Positions 35,724-48,040 of a DNA stretch of 64,000 nucleotides are shown one piece after another. The stretch is from assembly GCA_977017645.1 (NCBI GenBank), contig OZ360246.1, positions 10,416,001 through 10,480,000 on the forward strand, in the 5' to 3' direction. The notes beneath the pieces are model-generated. The model saw nothing but the letters and a program-made list of their open reading frames with translations, was not told the origin of the DNA and did not search any database. Every line of letters starts with the position of its first letter. Position 1 is the first letter of the stretch. The position numbers were made by a program, and so were the translations under genes. This stretch comes from Torpedo marmorata (Eukaryota).

Positions 35724-37014
35724 CTAGGTCAGATAGATCACATTCAACCTTCACTGACGGGATATCATGGGTGTTCTGAATGCTTTGTGCAAGAACATTG
35801 CAGTGTTTGTGAAGCTCGGACAGAGGGTACTCCTGCCGGGAAGAGCTACCCTCTTGTACCTCTCCTCCTTGGAAAATTCTTGGGATCAAGTCCGACTAAG
35901 GCCCAGTCCACTAGAGACACACGAGATACTGCGGATGATGGAATCTGGAACATTAACAACCTCCTGGAGGGTCGAGCAGCGTCCATGGGAGAAAAAGAGC
36001 GGTTGGCGTTTCCGTAAGACCATAAGAGACAGGAGCAGAATTAGGCCATTTGGCCCATCGAGCCTGCTCTGCCATTTGAATCATGGCTGATGTTTCAGGT
36101 TGGAGCCCTTCATCAAGAAATGCAGATGCTGGTATCTTTGAGTGAACAAAGGGAAACCGAAGGACTCAACTGTCAGTCGTTTCGGGTTGGGACCCTCTAT
36201 CGAGTAAGGGTTCTGACCCGGAAGACTGACTGATCATTTCTCTCCATGGACGCTGCCTGGCTGCCTGAGTCCCCCCCCAGTTTCACCTTGTTCTCACAAT
36301 ACATCCCAAGAACTCCATCATCGATTAGATGAGGGCCATGACCTGAAATGTTGACCACTCTTTTTCTCCCATTGATGCTGTTCAACTCGCTGAGTTCCTC
36401 CAGCAGATTGCTTTTTACCCCCCAGTCTAGTTATGTGGGTCCTGAAGTGGCTGTTGAAGTCTGTGTGGTTCCCACAGACTCTGCCACAGGAGGGGCAGGG
36501 GATACTTGATAGGGGAGATAGATAGGTACTTTGGGAGGGGGTGTATTCTACCCAGTCCTTGGCCTCTGCTTACTCCCATGGTACAGAGTCGAGGCATTCG
36601 CTACCTTCCCTGATACTCTGCTTTGAACACACGGGATGGGGAATCCTGTGAGTGAGTGAGGGAGGTGCATGGTTTGGAGGAGACTTGAGAATGTTCGGCA
36701 CTGCCCTCCTGGAGATCTGTGACAGAGCTCAATGTGCCTGATCATCCAGGGATCTGGGAGTAATCCAGAGCAAGTTCAACAAGAAGGTCTACAGACGCTG
36801 GGCTCAAGTGCAATACACAAAGGTGCTGGAGAAACTCAGCAGGTCACGCAGCATCCATAGGAAGGGTAACTAACGTTTTGGGCCCCTTGTCAAGTACATG
36901 ACCCAGAAAACCTTATATTTACACATCTTCGACATGCCTGAAATGTTGATTACCTTGACATCCTATGTATGATGCATGCTGTGCTGAGTTTCTCCAGCAC
37001 GTTTGTACGTTATA

Positions 37015-37282
37015 ATTTTTTTTTAATTAAAATTTTTAAATGTAGATATACAGCACGGTAACAGACCCTTTCGGCCCATGAGCCCATGCCGCTCAATTAC
37101 ACCCAATTGACCTACAACCCCCGGTACGGTTCGAACGGTGGGAGGAAACCGGAGCACCCGGAGGAAACCCACGCAGACACAGGGAGAACGTACAAACTCC
37201 TTACAGATAGTGGCGGATTCGAAACCCTGGTCACTGGCCCTGTAACAGCGTTGCGCTAACCGCTATGCTAACTGTGCCGCCA
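37015..37282 (-). mobile_element. tRNA-derived SINE
   Basis: Family homology, full length with AT tail. Confidence 0.9.
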
Positions 37283-39707
37283 ATTCCGATTTTATATTTG
37301 GTTGGCACTTGTGGTGAATGTTTACAGTGTCTCTGTGCTGCATGTTAACAACAATGCTGAGTCAATTATCTTGCTTATTCCCAAAGGCAACTACTTCTGG
37401 AGTTTCTGAAACATTCAATCTACTATGCAGAAGATAGGAGCCAGTGCAGCAACTCCCAATCAATGTGCTGAGATGTCCCAAAGCTCTGTGAAGCTGATAC
37501 AGAGCCACACAAGGAGATATTTGGGCAAGACCATGCAAAGCACCTGTCCAAGGAGTTAGGTTTCAGTCAGCAAGTTAAATGAAGTGCAGAGATTTAGGAA
37601 GGGAATTCAGAACTTGGGGCCTCGTGGTCGAAGGCACAGCCTCCAGAGGTGGAGCATGTGATCGAGAGGCCTTTACTTATTGTGACACGGAAGGAGGCCA
37701 TTCGGCCCACTGGGTTCTATGATAACTCCCAGCAGACCAATCCAATCTGTCCCTTTATCGCTCTAATGTCTCCGTGACTCTGCAACATCCAAGGAGAGAA
37801 ACGGTCCGTCAAAGTTTCGGGACCATTTCTCGATAAAGGGTCGTGACCTGAAACGTCGACTGACCGTTTCTCTCCACGGATGCTGACTGGCGCTGCCGAG
37901 TCCCTCCACCTTCACTTTGTTCACGCAAGATTCCAGCGTCCGCAATTCCTTCGCTTCGCTATTGGAAGGTCTGAAAGAATGGGTGTGACAGATTTAACTG
38001 CAGCTTTCAAAAAGGAATGGGAAAAAATACTCGAAGGACAAAAGGACTCGGGGGGCTACTGAAGAACGGGACTCGCTGGATAGTTTTTTTTTATTAAATA
38101 TTTTATTTAAAATTTTAAATCACATGATAATGCATGTTTATAAAATACAAAATTATCAGAATACATGTGATATATTTTCACCCTCCCCTCCCTCCCTTCC
38201 TCCTCCCTAACCCACCCACCCCTACTACTCTAATAATATAGAAAGAAAGAAAAAAAAAGTTAAAAAAAAAGAAAAAAGAAAAAAAAGAGAAAAAAAGAAA
38301 AGTCGCTGGATAGTTATTGAAAACGACGAACGTGGGCTTTGTGGGTCAAATGTGAGTCACTGTATTTAAACGGAGTGTTTGTAAACACAACCAGCATTTA
38401 TTCTACTGAGTTAGTCCTCATTCTAATAGCTTGTTGAAATCAGAGCTTAATAGCATCATCCCACTCTATATATTGATATGGAAAACCACAATTAGGACAC
38501 AATTTTGCTTTAATATCTTTCTGTCAATAACACCACTTTTATTGAAGCACTGCTGTTGCAGGAGCCCACTCTGAGTCTTCTCAATACCCGGATACGCAGG
38601 GGCCAGTGTGCACTCTCAATCCATTACCCTGCAATGTTTTTTTTATGTTTTGTTCTTGCCCCTCAATGTGAGTAGACGAAAATAAACTGAAACTGATAAC
38701 CTTTTTGCAAAAATAATCCGGCTATAATTAACAGCTGTGAACTGGAAGCAGCACAACACACACACAAACTCCCACTCACACAGAAGGACAGCCATCGGCA
38801 TTTGAAACATTTCAGGGAGGTTACTTAAGAGGGAGAGACAACACATTTAAAAAAAATTATAAAATGAAATAAAAGCAGCTGTTGGGAAACACAATTGCAT
38901 GGTAATAAACTATTAACCAGTTGCAATCCAGTTAAAAGAAGGATACTTGATAAAGAGTGCAGGAGATAGGCAAGGAGATCTCACTCTCTTCTGCAGAATG
39001 GACAAAAGGCACAGCAGGTGAGATCGAGGGGCTCAGCGGTCAATGCTTTCCCGGAGCCAGCCCTCGGAACGGGCGGATCGCTGAGCGGCATTGCATGACA
39101 GGACACAGCTTCTGAACGTGAAGGCGCTGTTCCTGCATGACTCTGCAAGTGCTGACCGCACACGCAAGGTGGTCCTTGGGGGAGAAAACACAACTTTGGG
39201 ATCTTAAAAGCACGAGAGCACCGAGTAGGGCTGTTCGGCCCCTCAACTCCATGCTGGCTGGGAAAGAAGGGGGCGAGCCTCGACCCCCCCTTGGCAGCTC
39301 ATGATGACCCTGTGTGGCTAACGAGTATTCATCAGGCATCTCCTAAATGCAGAAAAGCAAGAAAACTGTCGGAAATCAAAAATAAAAGGAGATACTCGGC
39401 AAGTGGGTAAAGAAAGGTCATTGACCTGATGTTTTTCTCTCTCCATGGAAGCTGCCTGCCCAAGGTGTTATCTCCCAACATTTTACACTTTTAGTAGTGG
39501 TGGTATTTCTGCCCTTTCACCAACCCTGGGTGAACATATTATCCTCTCATCAACAATTGTATACATTCCCCTGGTTATTGACCTCATAACAAAAGGGGAC
39601 TGGGTCCTCACTAATAACCCTGTGTAAGCTACCCAGGATCTTCTATGCATTGCATTAGCACACTGCTCCTTCGTTGCTAACTTGAATCTAACTCAGAGTG
39701 GTAGTGG

Positions 39708-39932
39708 AATTTCTTTAGTCAGAGGGCCGTGAGTCTGTGGAACTTGTTGCCACAGGCGGCTGTGGAAGCGAGGTGGTTGGGTTTATTTAAGGCAGAGATT
39801 GACAGGTATTTGATTAGTCAGGGCATCAAGGGTTACGGGGAGAAAGCCGTGGGGCTGAGTGGGAGGATGGATCAGCTCATGATAGAATGGCCGAGCAGAC
39901 TCGATGGGCTGATACTCCTATATCTTGTGATC
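39708..39932 (+). mobile_element. CR1-clade LINE 3' end
   Basis: Very similar to 29635-29872. Confidence 0.8.
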
Positions 39933-40321
39933 TTGTTTCCTCTGTTTGTATGCTGTAACATTGCATAGGAAGGGTCTTCCACCTGGCACATTAACTCTGT
40001 TTCTCTTTCTGTTGAGTGTCGAGTATCCCACCATTTTCTAGTTCTATTTCATATTGGAAGTAAGATTTTTCCAACTTCTGGTCGATATGGACCCCAGTAC
40101 ACATTAATTGCCTTAGGTTGGCATTAGTTGTCTTCCAGAAGAAAGAAGGATATTTTGTGTGTGTGCTGGTGATGCAGACTGTGCAGAAATGAAGGAGAAA
40201 TATAATTGGCTTAAGGTGCAATGTTAGGCAGAGAACATTACGTCTGAACTACGATGGGTTCACCACAGCAATGTTTACGTCTTGCACTCGGAGGTCAATG
40301 GAACCAAATTTTGGATTTAAA

Positions 40322-40580
40322 GCAAAAACACAATTCTGGACAAACTCATCAGGACAAACAGTGTACTTTATATGGCAAAGATAAAGATATATAACCAACG
40401 TTTCGGGCTTGAGCCCTTCATCAAGGTATGAGCAATTTGCTCATACCCTGATGAAGGGCTCAAGCCCGAAACGTTGGTTATGTATCTTTACTGTAATAAA
40501 GTACACTGTTTGTCCTGCTGAGTTTCTCCAGCATTGTGTTTTTACTTCAATCACAGTGTCTGCAGACTTTCATATTTTAC
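40322..40580. mobile_element. Fold-back (head-to-head) PLE terminus with a hammerhead-like motif in each arm
   Basis: Arms about 40323-40435 and 40437-40548 are near-perfect reverse complements around gagcaa-t-ttgctc. Confidence 0.88.
40442..40482 (+). ncRNA. Putative minimal hammerhead ribozyme of the PLE terminus
   Basis: acc-CTGATGA-a-GGGCT(ca)AGCCC-GAAA-cg-TT-ggt: core boxes, stem II, palindromic ACGT mini stem III and a short stem I. PLE-encoded minimal hammerheads are established. Confidence 0.65.
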
Positions 40581-40977
40581 TTTGTGTTTCATGCACACAC
40601 TCAAAGCTTCATGCACACACCAGCATATTGCACATTTGCAATGGACAGAGGGTTTCTGCTTCAGATACTTGTCACGAGATGGCCTTCTTTTGCCATCCCT
40701 CACAGAGAAACTGACAGCTTGTGCGATGAACACATTGCACGCAGGGTCCGAAAGATTTCAGCTCTGCACTAAAACCATTAAAAACCCAGCATGCGTTGTG
40801 AGGTCATACACACAGGTTCACTCTCGATATAGAAAGTGATCTGTCTGTGTGTTTCGAGTAAGTTGACATGAGAATTCTTAATGGAAGCCGTTTCCTGCTT
40901 GCATCAAGTGTATGTTTTAGCTGGTCGCTGTAAGAGTTGTAAGAATATATCCCGCCACAGAGGTTGTGGGTCTACCA

Positions 40978-41362
40978 GTAAAACACGAAAGTCTGCAGAC
41001 ACCGTGGTTGAAGTAAAAACACAAAGCTGGAGAAACTCAGCAGGTCAAGCAGTGTCCTTTATATAGCAAAGATAAAGATATGTAACCAACGTTTCGGGCT
41101 TGAGCCCTTCATCAAGGTATGGAAAAATGTCGACAGGCGTCTGAACAAAATGGTGGGGGGAGGAGCATGATCCCAAAGGCAGGAGGTAATAGGTGGAGAA
41201 GGGAGGGAGGGCACAGCAGCAAGCAGGGGGAGGAGGGATGGCTCTGTGAATAGAGAGGGAAGGGGGTGGAGAGCTGAGGGAAAGAAGACAAAGGGAAAAG
41301 GGAAGGGAGGGAGAATGGAGAGTAGCAGAAACTGGAGAAGTCGATGTTAATGCCATCCGGTT
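40978..41362 (-). mobile_element. Penelope-like element 3' end
   Basis: End of the GIY-YIG ORF (ccggatggcattaacatcgacttctcc), UTR and terminus. Confidence 0.85.
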
Positions 41363-42096
41363 GGTCTACAAGGGAGGAGTTCCTTCATATTTGTACCTTA
41401 TCTTGAAATATTCCTGACTTTGTTTTCAAATCGGGGCCTATTATATAAACAATTGATTCGGTAAAGTTGAATTACGTTTCAGAAGGTCAGAGGTAAGAGG
41501 ACAGTCATTTGGAAAAACCATCTGCAGAAAAAAAATCTTTAAGGAACTGGAAGACATAAATTTTAAGGTCTTTTCACAGAAGCCTTAGAAGGAAAATTGA
41601 GGTCATTTGGGTGTAACGGCAAAGGTCATTTCTGTTCACAGCGCAAAGTATTTTAACATCTAACTAGTGATTTCCTTTGTAGGGAAATGGCTTCAATAAG
41701 CCTTTCTTTTCATTGTGGTCTGGTTCCTGACTATTTGTATACATTCATAAACACTCACTTAATAGACATTCTGTCGGAAATTGGAAATCCGAGTATATTT
41801 GGTGGATAAAACTTGGTTGCTGAGGTTATGTGACTTTTATTTTAGGAGCCTTGATGGTCATTTATCCAGGCTTTGCTCCACAGTACACTGTCAGCCATTT
41901 TACTATTCCTTATTCACATTGTCCATTGGAAGCAAGGAAAACTGAGGGTAAAAATGTGTTGTAACAGTCGATTCAAAAGTTATCCAGAAATCCAGTCAGC
42001 TTCCACCAATACCGATTGGATTCAAAGAGCATTGTTCTGATTTTACAAGCAAAATGTTGTTGGTCACCAAATCACTCAAATACACCTGGACATTCA

Positions 42097-42335
42097 GGGC
42101 GGCATAGTTAGCGTAACGCTGTTACAGCGCCAGCGACCCGGGTTTGAATCCGGCGCTGCCTGTAAGGAGTTTGTACGTTCTCCCTGTGTCTGCGTGGGGT
42201 TCCTCCGGGTGCTCCGGTTTCCTCCCACCCTTCAAAACATAAGGGGATCAATTGGGTGTAATTGGGCGGCAAGGGCTCATGGGCCGAAAGGACCTGTTAC
42301 CGTGCTGTATGTCTAAATTTAAATTTAAATTTAGA
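42097..42335 (+). mobile_element. tRNA-derived SINE
   Basis: Family homology; (aaattt)n tail. Confidence 0.9.
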
Positions 42336-42619
42336 AATAATTTAGGGCATGGTTTGAGTTACACTGTGTGACGGCGAGGATCAGGAGTGATGAGGTTGAT
42401 GTTGAGGGGAGTTAATTGCAAACTTTGATTTGAAAGAGAGTAATGGAAGGAGTCAGAGGAAGGAAGAACGATGTGTCCAGGAAGGACTCGTGACCCGATT
42501 AATGACAATGAAAGGCATGTGAAATTTGCAACACTGGATCTCCTCAAGAGGTGCCCCTGAGGTCATCAGCTGTCGAGAGCATGATGGTGCAGGCTGGTTA
42601 CATGGGGTTAAGTGGTACC

Positions 42620-43063
42620 AGGGGAAATGGTGTACAGAGTTCCAGAAGGCTTTTGATAAGACCCCACACAGGCAGTTGACCAGCAAGGTTGGAGCACATA
42701 TATTCTGGAGTAATATAAAGGTATGGATTGAAAACTGGTTGTCACATCGAAAGAAGAAAGTGGCGTCAAGGGTTGGTATTTCTCAGGTTGGCAGTGAGAG
42801 GTACAGAATTCGATTATATACAGGGAGAAGGACGTAACGAGGCTTTAAAGGGTTATAGAGAAGCTATCAGAGTAAGAACGTGGCGGATGAAAAAAATAAT
42901 GTGGAAAAATGTGGTGCACAAAATAGAAATGGTGAGAGATGGGGAAAAAGTGATGTTGAAAAGGGACCTGGGTGCCCTGTACATATCTCACTGAAAACTA
43001 CCACGCTGGTTCAGCCTGTGATTAAGAAGGCCAATTCTATGTTGGGCTTTACACTGATTGGAG
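42620..43063 (+). mobile_element. Degraded CR1 RT fragment, continuing at about 44960-45040 after a PLE insertion
   Basis: EFQKAFDKTPHRQLTSKV...WIENWLSHRK (DFxKAFD motif region); RDLGAL; IKKANSMLGF. Confidence 0.7.
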
Positions 43064-44955
43064 TAAAACATGAAAGTCATCCGAGATGTCCTCCTTGAAA
43101 AAACGTGGCTTTCCCTCTACCACCCTCAACTCAGCGGTTACCCGCATCTCCTCCATCACCCGCACATCTTACCCCCACTGCCCCCAGATGCAACAAAAAC
43201 AGGATTCCCCTTGTCATCACCTACCACTCCACCAGCCTCCGCATCCAACATACTGCATTATCCTTTGCAATTTCCGTCATCTACAACATTCAAGATTCAA
43301 GATTCAATTTACTGTCATAGTAATAAGACAGTGTCATATTCCATGAAATTTCTTTTTGCCTGCTGCAAGGCAGACAGATTCGCCACCGGCAGAAATTGCC
43401 TAAGCGCCTCAAACATTCCTTACAGTCAGAGAAAGAGAAGCAAAAGAGAGTCCCCCCAGAGTCACCGAGTGTCCGTAGATTCGCCTCCAGCGCTTCCGCA
43501 GCCTCCGCAGCCACACAGAGTCCGGTCCAAACCATGGCAACCCGAGCTCCAGATCCGAACCTCCGACACGGTCAGGTCGCCCTCGGCACCCCCTCGCATC
43601 CCGGTTCCGATACCTGGTACTCCTCCAGCCAGTTCGAGCTAACCTCCAGCAGTCTCCAGCAGCCCACAGCCTCTGCGGGTTTCTCGCCTCGAGTCACCAG
43701 CAGCCCGCCGCATGCACTGGTCCTTCAGCCTCAGAGCCCCTCACTGGTCCGCCGCCGTGGTCACCGTCCCGTGGGTCGTCTCCTCCGCTTCTCCTTCTCA
43801 GACGGGGGGTGATCTTCCTGTCCTCTGGTGCCCTGCTCCAGTCCTACGCTTCCCCGGAATCTGCAGCCCCTCGTGGCTGCTGCCGGTTAAAAGGCGCTGC
43901 CATCTTGGGCGCAGACCCCGCGGTCGCGGGATCTTAAATAAAACCACTGTTGGCTCCCTCAACGGGCCGTTCAAAGCCTGTGCGGAACCGACGGCAGTCG
44001 ACTGGGCAGTTGGACCCCGCGGGAGCGCTGCATCTCCGCTCCCACGCTCCCCGCGGGTCCGCACCAGCGGCTCCGGCAGCACCGCCATCTTCTATCAGCC
44101 AGCAGAGCGCCCCATACACGATGCCACCACCAGACACATCTTCCCCTTTGCTCCCTTCTCCACCTTCCCACCTCCCTCCGTGACTCCCTCGTGTCCACTC
44201 ATGCCTTCCTACTAATCGCCCCCTTGGCACCTTCCTCTGTGACCGCAGGAAGTGCCACACTTGTGCCCACACCTCCTCCCTCACCACCATTTGGAGCCCC
44301 AAACAGTCCTTCCAAGGAAAGCAACACTTCACGTGTATCCGCGGGAGTCATCTACTGCATCCGGTGCTCCTGTCGTGGCCGTCTCTACATCGGAAAGACT
44401 GGACGCAGACTGGGAGATGGCTTTGCTGAGCACCATCGCTCTGCCCGCACCAATGACAGGGATCTCCCAGTGGCCAATCATTTCAATTCTGCGCCCCACT
44501 CTCGCGCTGACATAGCTGTCCATGACCTCATGCACTGCCAAACCTAGTCCACCCGTAAATTGGAGGAGCAGCACCTAATATTCCATCTTGGCACACTCCA
44601 GCCGGATGGCATTAACATTAACTTCTCCGGTTTCTGCTAGACAACTTCCTGGTCTCCCTCTCTTCCCCATCCCTCTGTCTCCTTTCCTCCAGCTCTCCAC
44701 CCCCTTCCCTCTCCATTCACAGAGCCATCCCCTCTCCCCGCTTACTGTGCCTATTACCTCCTGCCTGTGGGCCTGTGCTCCTCCCCCTGCCCCCCCCCCA
44801 CCCCCCCCCTCCACCATTTTGTTCGGGTGACTGCCTATATTTTGTTCATACCCTGATGAAGGGCTCAAGCTGGAAACGTTAGTTATGTATCTTTATCTTT
44901 GCTATATAAAGGACACTGTTTGACTTCCTGCATTTCTCCAGCATTATGTTTTTAC
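43064..44955 (+). mobile_element. Penelope-like retroelement 3' half (RT thumb, Cys-rich linker, GIY-YIG endonuclease, terminus), interrupted by a nested element
   Basis: KKRGFPSTTLNSAVTRISS; CDRRKCHTC; GVIYCIRCSCRGRLYIGKTGRRLGDGFAEH...PVANHFNS. Flanked by a near-identical 17-bp TSD tttac(a/t)ctgattggagt. Confidence 0.9.
43269..44112 (-). mobile_element. GC-rich non-autonomous retroelement with an aagatggcg 5' motif and a (TCTTGAA)n tail
   Basis: Splits the PLE sequence. Homologous to 63540-64000 (+, 5' part) and 13698-13915 (-, 3' part). No recognisable RT ORF. Confidence 0.7.
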
Positions 44956-45953
44956 TTTACTCTGATTGGAGTTGAGCACACGAGTAAGGATGTCTTATTG
45001 CAATTATATGGATCCTAGATGTGACCATGGATGGACTACAGTTGATAGTTTCCTTCTCCTTGCCAAAACTCCACCAGGGCTGGGTGACACCACGTTCACA
45101 AGATCATCACACCCCTGGACATAGGCATGAGTCATTATCATGTTTCGAGGAGAAGCCTTTGGCTGCTCCTGGGTTCCATTGACTCCCCCAGAGCGTGTGC
45201 AGCAGACCCAACCATCCAAACCAACCCCACTCCCCACTGCAGACAAGGGGGAGTTAAGTCATGCCAGCATCAGCCTGGGATTGTCTTCTTACATGGAGCC
45301 TCTTCCGAACATGGGAGGGTACCTTCAATAGGTCCACACAAACAGCCAATGAGATTGGGCCAGTGTGATCAGCTGACAGGATGTTGCTCAGGAACTTTGG
45401 TGCTTCAGAAAGGAGGTGGGTTTTGGAATGAACACAGATATCACTGTGTGTGCTCTCTCTCCCTTCAGTGCTGCAGTACCCACAGATGTCAACGGTACTC
45501 ATTTGACTTAATTTCTTATTGAAAATGACTTTGTTTTACTTTCTCACTTTTGCAATGACAGAAATAGATCCACCATTCAGTCAGAGGGACTTTTCCAAGT
45601 TCTCAGAAAGTTGTTCTTTGCTCTGGCAGTGAGTATTGCATCAGAATCACTGAGTTAAACACCATCCCCTCCCCCCCCAAATATATACCCTTCCCACCCT
45701 CATCTCAACCTTCTAGTGGACAGGAGCCTTAGGCAGCACTGCAATAGCTCTCTTAACCACTGATCTATAAGAGTGTGGGTTCAGGTTCCACCCCAGAGAC
45801 AAATGTGAGATGACAATGACAACTTCAATGTCATAAATAGATAATGACCTTCATCATCGTTCTTGCCTCGATGTTGGAAAGGACCAAGGCTGACTTTTTT
45901 TTTTAACCTCAGTGCCACTTTCCTGCACAAATTCCAGATCACTAGATTCCATT

Positions 45954-46852
45954 TGTTATGGTCCATGACTGACCATTTGGACTGCGGACAGTCAGCAGGA
46001 AGGATGAAGTCTTTTGGAGTATACACTGGGTCCAGGTACTGAAAGAGTTAACTTCCCCAGCTACTTGGTGTACCCAGACAAGATACATTGTTGCACTCTT
46101 GGTGTACCCAGGCAGAGAGAGACCAGAGAGAGAGAGACAGACTAGACAAGATACATTTGTTTCACTTCTGCAAAAAGCAGGGGCAGATCTCTGCAAAGCA
46201 CACAGTTGTGAGTTGCAAAGGCTACAAGACACAGCCAGATCCAGGCTTGTGTGAAGTCAGAGAAAAGACTGACAAAATAGCACATGGCCTCTTGTCTCAG
46301 AAAAATTCTGAGAAAAAGCAACTTCTGTGGAGAACAGACGTGAGATCAGCGAGACTAGCTGTGAGATTCAAGCATACGCCTAAATCAGTGGTATACTGAT
46401 CTGCAACTTGCAATCCTTATGAACCTACAAGAAGGGGACGTCATCAGAGAAGAAAACAAGTATTTGTAAGCATAAACAGTCATTGTCTCTCTCCAACGTT
46501 CATTCAGAAGTACTTCTACCAGACACAGAGAAAAAGTTGAAGCCTGAACTTAGAGAGTGGATTTTGTCGACTGTATTATCCTTTTTTTTGACTGACTTGT
46601 TTTTTATGACTGACCTGGGGTTTTTGGGGAAAGTTTTTCCATTTTTACATAAGGGTTGGGCACAGACTGTAATGGTCTGGGCTTTACACACACACACACA
46701 TACACCTTTTAGATAAGAATAGAGTTTATAGATGTTTATAGTGGGGTTAATTGTTGTGAAATTATATGTTTACTTGTGTTTAATAAATAATAATTTCAAT
46801 TTTACCCCTTTTGCATTGCGTCTTCTGTCGTTGCTGGTTTGATTTTGTAACA
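45954..46852 (+). mobile_element. Solo LTR (Gypsy/ERV type), 899 bp
   Basis: Starts TGTTA, ends TAACA, 4-bp TSD CATT on both sides, AATAAA at 46782. Confidence 0.75.
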
Positions 46853-47181
46853 CATTTACCTCCACATATCCATTGACCAGAGATGCCATCCTTCAGGTGA
46901 GGTGTAACACTGAAAATCCGCCCAATCAGCTGAACATAAAAGGATCCCGAGAATCACAAAAGCTGCAGACGCTGGAATCTTGACAAGCAAAGAATGGCTA
47001 GAGATACACAGCAGGTCAGACAGCGTCCGTGGGTAGAAACGGTGTCGACGTTTTGGGACTGAACTCTTTATCACGTCTTGATCTTCACTGACCTCTTGCT
47101 GTGTACGCCTTGCGGAAGGTCCTCCCTTTGTTTCTTCCAGTTCCTCCACCTTCCTCCCAAAGACAGGTGCCTTAGTTGGTA

Positions 47182-48040
47182 GTAAAAGCACAAAAATGCT
47201 GGAGGAACTCGGCAGGTCTCGCAGCGTCCATGGGAGGTAAAGATATATAACCGACGTTTCAGACCTGAGCCCTTCCTCAAGGCGTGAGCAAAAAGCAGGC
47301 AGTCGTCTGAATAAAAAGGCTGGGGGAGGAGGGAAGAAAGGGCAGGCGGAGGAGCACAGGCCAACAGGCAAAAGGTGATAATTGGCTATGGACAGGAGAG
47401 GAATGGCGAGAATTGATCGGGGGTGGGGGTGGCTCTGTGAATACAGAGCTGGAGGAAAGGGAGAAAGAGAGAGAGAGAGGGAGAGAGAGAGACAGAGATA
47501 GAGCTAGAGGAAAGGAAACATAGGGACAGAGAGAGATGGGGGGATGGGGGGGGGGGTGGCTAACGGAAACCAGAGAAGTCGATGTTAATACCATCTGGTT
47601 GGAGGGTAAAAACACAGAAATGCTGGAGGAACTCAGCCAGTCTTGCAGCGTCCATAAGCGGTAAAGATATATTACCGAAGTTTTGGGCCTAACCTTTCTT
47701 CAAGGTAACTGCAATCACAGCATCTGCAGACTTTCGTGTTTCACGATGGCAAAGGTCATTTTCTATTTATGACATTGAAGACGGAAGATAAGGTGTTGTT
47801 CCTCCAATTTGCGGGTGGTCTCAGTCCGGCAGTGCATAAGACCATGGATAGACATGTCGGCATGGGAATGGGACGTGGAATTGAAATGGGTGGCTACTGG
47901 GGGATCCCCGCCATTGCGGCGGACAGAGCCGAGGTGCTCAAAGACGTGACCTCCCAGTCTGCGTCCAGTCTCACCGATGCAAAGGGGCCCACAACGGGAG
48001 CTCCGTCACAGCGTCTGCAGACTTCCGTGTTTCACTGCCT
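47182..48040 (-). mobile_element. Rearranged Penelope-like fragments (GIY-YIG tail, terminus and a nested fold-back at about 47608-47745)
   Basis: gtgttgttcctccaatttgcgggtggtctcagtc matches 19920-19960; terminus homology. Confidence 0.8.
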
